Virus record (IMG/VR): IMGVR_UViG_3300033489_000001
Span: 347,619-411,618 of that record
DNA: 64,000 nt
Origin: a virus
Lineage: Duplodnaviria > Heunggongvirae > Uroviricota > Caudoviricetes
Reading direction: 5' to 3' (one strand)
The notes under the pieces were generated by a model, which saw nothing but the letters and a program-made list of their open reading frames with translations, ran no database searches and was not told the origin of the DNA. Both the position numbers and the translations under genes were made by a program. Each line of letters opens with the position of its first letter. Within the stretch, counting starts at the first letter, position 1. This document shows positions 59,498-64,000 of the stretch, piece after piece.

Positions 59498-60874
59498 TTA
59501 AGAACGATCACTTCCTTTTTCAGTAAGCAAGGATATTAAAGGCTCCATTTCAGGCGTAACAGAAGTTTTCCATCCAATAGCGCCAGCCCCCCAAGTATGA
59601 ACATTATTATGGGACCAATCATCCCCATCACTACCGTTATTTTGTACATACCAAACAGAATTTCCGTCTTGTACAAACCACTCTCCACCTCCAGTGATAG
59701 CTAAGCGCATATTGTATGTATAGAAAGGCTTTGGAAGATGATGTTCCCCTGAGGGACGATCTCCTTTCTGTTTTATCAAATCCATCAATTTTCTACGAGC
59801 TTTATCAATCTCTTGTGCAGTGAGACGTTCTCTACGAACCGCTAGAATACCAGCTTTCTCCATTTCCTCATCAGTAGCAGGACGCGCTGCGGCATAATAG
59901 ACATAACCGCTTCGATCCATGTCCATGATACCAAAGGACATAGCATCCTCGGAATCCATCCAAACGGACTTCTGAACTTCAACCACAGTCCAAGCCGTTC
60001 CATCACGTCGTAGCTCAAAAACCTCCCCCACTTTATACGGTCGGCTAATACGATGGAACTCCTTTATACCTAATCGAGTATCTTCTACCTTTTTACGAAC
60101 AACTTCTTCTTCCTTATGCAAAACTTCTTGACGTGCTTCCGCCAAAACATCCCTAAACCTTTCCAAAGACTTCTTACTTACCTTCTCTATTGGAACGGAA
60201 AAAACAACCCCATCTTCTCTGCGAACAAAATCAAAGATGGAGTCTAGGCGAAACTTCACGGGAATATCAAACTTGATAAACAAATGCTTATTGTTTACAG
60301 TCAAACTAGCCCCAGGAGTATCTAAGTCTTGAATGAACTTTGTAATTTCTTTCTTATGCTTCTGGTATTCTTCCTCTACCTCTTCCAACTTGGATACTAA
60401 CTTTTTGACCTTTGCCAAAGATTTATTCTCAAATGCAATGAAATACCCTTTGACACCGGCTTTCCATTCGGCCCCAGCATCTCCAAAAAAATCACGCACG
60501 GGATAAGTTTGACCAGAAATCAAAACTCCATCCGACTGTAGCCTGACACTAAATGTATCAAGTTTCTTATCACGAAAATCAAGCAGTAACTTTTCAACTT
60601 GCTCCCTTTCTTGTGCAAGTATTTCAACTTTAGAGGATTGCTCTTGCTCTGATCCAAACAACTTTTCCGAAACGCTCTTTTCGGTTACTTTAGAAGAAGA
60701 TGGATGCCACCATGCCTTCGTTGTACCATCATACCTAAACTTCATGCTTTTTAGTTTAGGGATATGATCCTTAATAACGGGATAAGGACCAGAAACTACA
60801 ACCCGTCCGTCTTGCTCTTCTATCTTCAAACCCATGTAAAGGGCGGCCACTTTTTCACGACTAATCACGATCAT
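59498..60874 (-). CDS. Hypothetical protein with repeated DUF5710-like modules
   Basis: GPYPVIKD...LKSMKFRYDGTTKAWW and GQTYPVRDFFGDAGAEWKAGVKGY repeats; C-terminal GGGEWFV...NNGSDGDDWSHNN domain; likely start ATG 60874. Confidence 0.6.
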   Translation of the reverse strand: MIVISREKVAALYMGLKIEEQDGRVVVSGPYPVIKDHIPKLKSMKFRYDGTTKAWWHPSSSKVTEKSVSEKLFGSEQEQSSKVEILAQEREQVEKLLLDFRDKKLDTFSVRLQSDGVLISGQTYPVRDFFGDAGAEWKAGVKGYFIAFENKSLAKVKKLVSKLEEVEEEYQKHKKEITKFIQDLDTPGASLTVNNKHLFIKFDIPVKFRLDSIFDFVRREDGVVFSVPIEKVSKKSLERFRDVLAEARQEVLHKEEEVVRKKVEDTRLGIKEFHRISRPYKVGEVFELRRDGTAWTVVEVQKSVWMDSEDAMSFGIMDMDRSGYVYYAAARPATDEEMEKAGILAVRRERLTAQEIDKARRKLMDLIKQKGDRPSGEHHLPKPFYTYNMRLAITGGGEWFVQDGNSVWYVQNNGSDGDDWSHNNVHTWGAGAIGWKTSVTPEMEPLISLLTEKGSDRS

Positions 60875-60878
60875 AAAA

Positions 60879-62237
60879 TTACCACTCCGAATTTTCCCAC
60901 GCAAGTGTGCGGCCTTTCAACTGCCGCTCTTCTGGAATGTTAGGTTTATCCGTCACTTGATCTGAAGCTTCTTGCTCAGGTCCAGAGGGAATAAACTCGA
61001 TAGCCGTGTATCTAGCAGGATTGCCCATAGGCACAGAATACCGAATATCCTTTTCGTCTATACTCCCTATATTAAAATGCTGCTGGAGAACCATACCCCG
61101 GTTGCTAGGAAATCTAACCGGCCCGATAGAGTAACGTTCCCCATTGACCTTTACCAAGAAGTCCCTCTGAGATAGGAGAGGAGTAGGCCCGGTCCACACT
61201 TCATAAGTGTGTTCTACCGTTCGCCCAACGTCTTTCTGAGCTATACGACGTTCGGCATCATCAGGAGCAATTATACCAGAGTAAGGACCCTCATAACCTC
61301 CAACAATTCCACTTCCATAACATATTGAACAATCGTTCAATGGTTGCAAATGATACTCATCTTGAATACAAGGACAAGGGACGCCAACCATCTTGCGAAT
61401 AAAAAGTCTTACCCGTTCCCCGCCTTGCTCCAAAATCCAGCGATTCCTACGAGTAGCTTCCCGCCACATGTAATCAAGCTTTTCAATCTCCATTGAACTG
61501 GTAGCCGTTGCGTGTTCTAACGGAGTCTCAACAAAGTTCTCACACCGGACCTGACTAAGATCACAGTTGAGCGGCACTGCCACCGTTGTAATTCGATAAA
61601 AAATCCGCTGCCCTAGATCAGTTTTTAACAGCGTTCGATTCCTCCGATAAGTACAAGTTACCTTGCTGTTAGGGCCAGGAACCAATGAGGGATCTAACTT
61701 CTGAGTTGCAACATTTGCGTAAAGAAATGGGTTTATTTCAACTTCACCTGAGAAACCATCTACCCTCAAAGGCTTCACCGGAACGCCATCAATCTTAACC
61801 CAAACATCGTCCGGGAAGCTCGCTACAACCGCCTGGGAACCCTCTTGAACAATGGGGCTGTGTAGTGTCTTGAAAACCCAACGAGGAGCGCTGGCCCCTG
61901 ATCCAGAGCATTCCCCCCGCAGAATAAACTGGTTAGAAACATCTTCTTCAATGATCAGTTCGTTATCAGTTTGATCCCGCCAAAAAGTAGAACAAATAGG
62001 TAATTCCGTGATTCGATTAAATGGCCCAAATTCTGAGTCAAACGATCGATAGATATTGACCCCCAGAAGCTGATAGCGACTATTAAGAGCTAAAATCGCT
62101 GGATTGTCCCAAACAAGATCAAAAACACCTGGCCGAAACCAACCGGTCAAAAACAAATTTAGAGGTGGTAGAGGCCACGGGGTTTTCGTGTACTCTAATT
62201 CAGTCCAATTACGATCACGATCAGTTGAATAGGCCAT
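60879..62237 (-). CDS. Head-closure/neck protein with Cys cluster
   Basis: WILEQGGERVRLFIRK...CPC...CSICYGSGIVGGY...PLLSQRDFLV...GERY, like myovirus neck proteins; N-terminal FN3-like GVNIYRS. Confidence 0.6.
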   Translation of the reverse strand: MAYSTDRDRNWTELEYTKTPWPLPPLNLFLTGWFRPGVFDLVWDNPAILALNSRYQLLGVNIYRSFDSEFGPFNRITELPICSTFWRDQTDNELIIEEDVSNQFILRGECSGSGASAPRWVFKTLHSPIVQEGSQAVVASFPDDVWVKIDGVPVKPLRVDGFSGEVEINPFLYANVATQKLDPSLVPGPNSKVTCTYRRNRTLLKTDLGQRIFYRITTVAVPLNCDLSQVRCENFVETPLEHATATSSMEIEKLDYMWREATRRNRWILEQGGERVRLFIRKMVGVPCPCIQDEYHLQPLNDCSICYGSGIVGGYEGPYSGIIAPDDAERRIAQKDVGRTVEHTYEVWTGPTPLLSQRDFLVKVNGERYSIGPVRFPSNRGMVLQQHFNIGSIDEKDIRYSVPMGNPARYTAIEFIPSGPEQEASDQVTDKPNIPEERQLKGRTLAWENSEW

Positions 62238-62266
62238 AGCTCTACTAAGAGCCGAGGCACAAAACT

Positions 62267-62635
62267 TTATTCACTTGGGGGGTTTTCCGGCTCCTTAACA
62301 GGGACGGGAGGCGGAGGTATAGCTGGTGCCTCTCCCTCGGGCATCCCCAAAAGAGTCAAAATACCAGTCTTAGAATCAATCTCCACTTGAGTTGTTATAG
62401 GCAATCCTCGTTCCATAAGGATCTGCTCAAACAAACGCTGCTTTTGCTCGTCAATTCTATGCGCCGCCGCAAGTATACGCACGCGGTCTTGCTCAATGAG
62501 TAAGAGACGTCCGCCAAGATTAAAACGAGCTTCATCAAGCTTGCTGAACTGCCCCAACACTTCCATTGGAACAGGATCAGCTACGGTTAGGTTTTTAGGA
62601 GATTGAGGGGTTTGGGGATTTTGAGAGTTTTCCAT
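62267..62635 (-). CDS. Hypothetical protein
   Basis: Likely start ATG 62635 (MENSQ); coiled-coil core and Pro-rich tail. Confidence 0.55.
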   Translation of the reverse strand: MENSQNPQTPQSPKNLTVADPVPMEVLGQFSKLDEARFNLGGRLLLIEQDRVRILAAAHRIDEQKQRLFEQILMERGLPITTQVEIDSKTGILTLLGMPEGEAPAIPPPPVPVKEPENPPSE

Positions 62636-62668
62636 GGAGGGGTTATACACCGCTTTTTTAAATAAGAT

Positions 62669-63286
62669 TTAGCGCTTTTCAGTATCCTTGGGGGGTATCA
62701 CGGCAGCTCTATCAGAGGGAGCTATTACTTTTAGGGGAAGAGGGGCAACGTTTTTTATAGTTTCCGGTTGAGCTTCTACTGCATGAATTATAAACGGTGC
62801 CTTAGGGTTTTTACTAGGTTTCTTTGGTTTACTTTCGGCTACCATTTCTTTCGCAGGGAGAGGCGTAGGTCCTAGTTTAGTCATGACCTCAGCTAAAGAA
62901 ACAACCTCTTTCTTCCCCTCATCGAATCTCTTATCCGTGCTGTTCACCTGACTATATGCCTTCTCTACACGTTGCCTAGCAGCACTGCTACCCCGTGCTT
63001 CAATAAGTAGCTGCTCGGTGAGAAACTCAACACGAACTCGCATTTCCTTGATGTCATCCGTATTGGACTTGAGTGTGGTAATTTCAAGGGCCTGTTGACG
63101 CACAAGATCGGTTAGCTTCGTAAGATCAGCCTTACTCGCAGTATTTAAGTAGAAAGTGACAACCCCAACAGTACCGGTAATGACCGCACTCAATATGGAT
63201 ATGATAATGCCTAGACGGATCTTTATGTGAGTCTTATCCGGATCAATTAATACATCCGCCGGTTCATCTTTGTTCTTAGGGGGCAT
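62669..63286 (-). CDS. Single-pass membrane protein with coiled coil
   Basis: LGIIISILSAVITGTVGVVTFYL transmembrane segment followed by heptads; AAGGAG SD. Confidence 0.6.
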   Translation of the reverse strand: MPPKNKDEPADVLIDPDKTHIKIRLGIIISILSAVITGTVGVVTFYLNTASKADLTKLTDLVRQQALEITTLKSNTDDIKEMRVRVEFLTEQLLIEARGSSAARQRVEKAYSQVNSTDKRFDEGKKEVVSLAEVMTKLGPTPLPAKEMVAESKPKKPSKNPKAPFIIHAVEAQPETIKNVAPLPLKVIAPSDRAAVIPPKDTEKR

Positions 63287-63323
63287 AGCTTAGAGGCTCC
63301 TTACTAAAGGAAGCGCACAAAAG

Positions 63324-64000
63324 CTACTTTAGAAAAGCTAACACCCGCGCTCGAACCGCTTGTGGATCTTTCTTAACTTCACCCTCCCAAATGATAAGGC
63401 AGTCTAAGCCAATGTCACGGTAGGCTTCTATCAGCTCCTGCTCGTGCTCAAAAGGGACCTTGCCGGTAAACATACGAGAATGCCAAAAATCACCGAATAC
63501 CTCAACTACTTTACCAACTTCTCTCTTAGGGTGATCCTTATCTGGTCCAGGTAAAATGAAGTCAGGATTTTTGTGGTGTCTTACTTTCGGAAGCCAACGC
63601 CAGTAAACCCCATTACCCACATAAAGAAGCTCTGGGTTGAGACTGGCAAAACGGTGTTCAAACAGATTAGGGCCAGGACGGGACATCTTTTGAAGATGAG
63701 CAAAAGCATACTCCCGATTCATCATCGGATAGGGAACGCCATAATTAGCTGTATTCGTTTGACGTACCTTCTCTTTAACAGACTCGGCTTGAATAGCGTA
63801 AGGGACGCCATACCTATCTAAAGTTGTTTGACGTACCTTCTCTTTAACAGACTCGGCTTGAATAGCGTAAGGGACGCCATACCTATCTAAAGTTGTTTGA
63901 CGTACCTTCTCTTTAACAGACTCGGCTTGAATAGCGTAAGGGACGCCATACCTATCTAAAGTTGTTTGACGTACCTTCTCTTTAACAGACTCGGCTTGAA
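63324..64000 (-). CDS. Vsr/DUF559-like PD-(D/E)xK endonuclease with 23-aa 'RYGV' repeats (start lies beyond the right edge)
   Basis: KNPDF...VVEVFGDFWH...CLIIWEGE nuclease motifs. The frame continues upstream through VRQTNTANYGVPYPMM into the repeats QTTLDRYGVPYAIQAESVKEKVR up to the window edge. Confidence 0.82.
   Translation of the reverse strand, partial: QAESVKEKVRQTTLDRYGVPYAIQAESVKEKVRQTTLDRYGVPYAIQAESVKEKVRQTTLDRYGVPYAIQAESVKEKVRQTNTANYGVPYPMMNREYAFAHLQKMSRPGPNLFEHRFASLNPELLYVGNGVYWRWLPKVRHHKNPDFILPGPDKDHPKREVGKVVEVFGDFWHSRMFTGKVPFEHEQELIEAYRDIGLDCLIIWEGEVKKDPQAVRARVLAFLK
63757..64000. repeat. Perfect 69-bp tandem repeat, ~3.5 copies, coding
   Basis: gacgtaccttctc recurs at 63761, 63830, 63899 and 63968; units are identical with no spacers. 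Confidence 0.97.

Noticed and set aside
1-62237. Bacterial eCIS/tailocin or T6SS locus rather than a phage
   Set aside because: Neck/head-closure-like genes, homing endonucleases, gene density and the lack of host housekeeping or T6SS membrane genes favour a large phage, although capsid and terminase lie outside the window.
707-63821. Many short plus-strand and nested ORFs in the track (e.g. 15954-16388, 25616-26047, 51687-52247)
   Set aside because: They are antisense or out-of-frame shadows of long minus-strand genes, with no recognisable motifs.
63757-64000. CRISPR array
   Set aside because: Units are contiguous and identical with no spacers, their length is a multiple of 3, and they are in frame with the endonuclease; no cas genes.
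1-64000. Alternative genetic code (stop-codon recoding)
   Set aside because: Long genes are intact under code 11, and TAA, TGA and TAG all occur as real stops.

Overview
The window is a 64-kb slice of a large (jumbo-type) contractile-tailed phage genome, almost all on the minus strand. Read right to left it contains: a repeat-containing Vsr/DUF559-like endonuclease cut by the right edge; neck/head-closure and tail-completion genes; an actin-fold ATPase; a 1409-aa tail sheath; a ~9-kb accessory block (HTH proteins, a Mesh1-like HD hydrolase, a DHH-like protein, a UvrD helicase); tail tube; two putative tail chaperones; an internally deleted TnpB; tape measure; two tube-initiator paralogues (one fused to an M23 peptidase); baseplate hub and spike; an HNH endonuclease; wedge proteins (gp25-, gpJ- and gpI-like); a zincin peptidase; and large Ig-like/fibre proteins running off the left edge. 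I recognised no capsid, portal, terminase, tRNA, rRNA or CRISPR array. The least explained signals are: (i) structured leaders with periodic RRAY tracts upstream of five late genes, one able to switch between SD-open and SD-closed folds; (ii) a short shared terminal peptide tag on unrelated non-structural proteins scattered through the virion operon, a candidate capsid-cargo targeting/cleavage signal; (iii) an actin-like ATPase with a candidate adaptor inside the neck module. All family calls come from motif reading by eye, with no database search.
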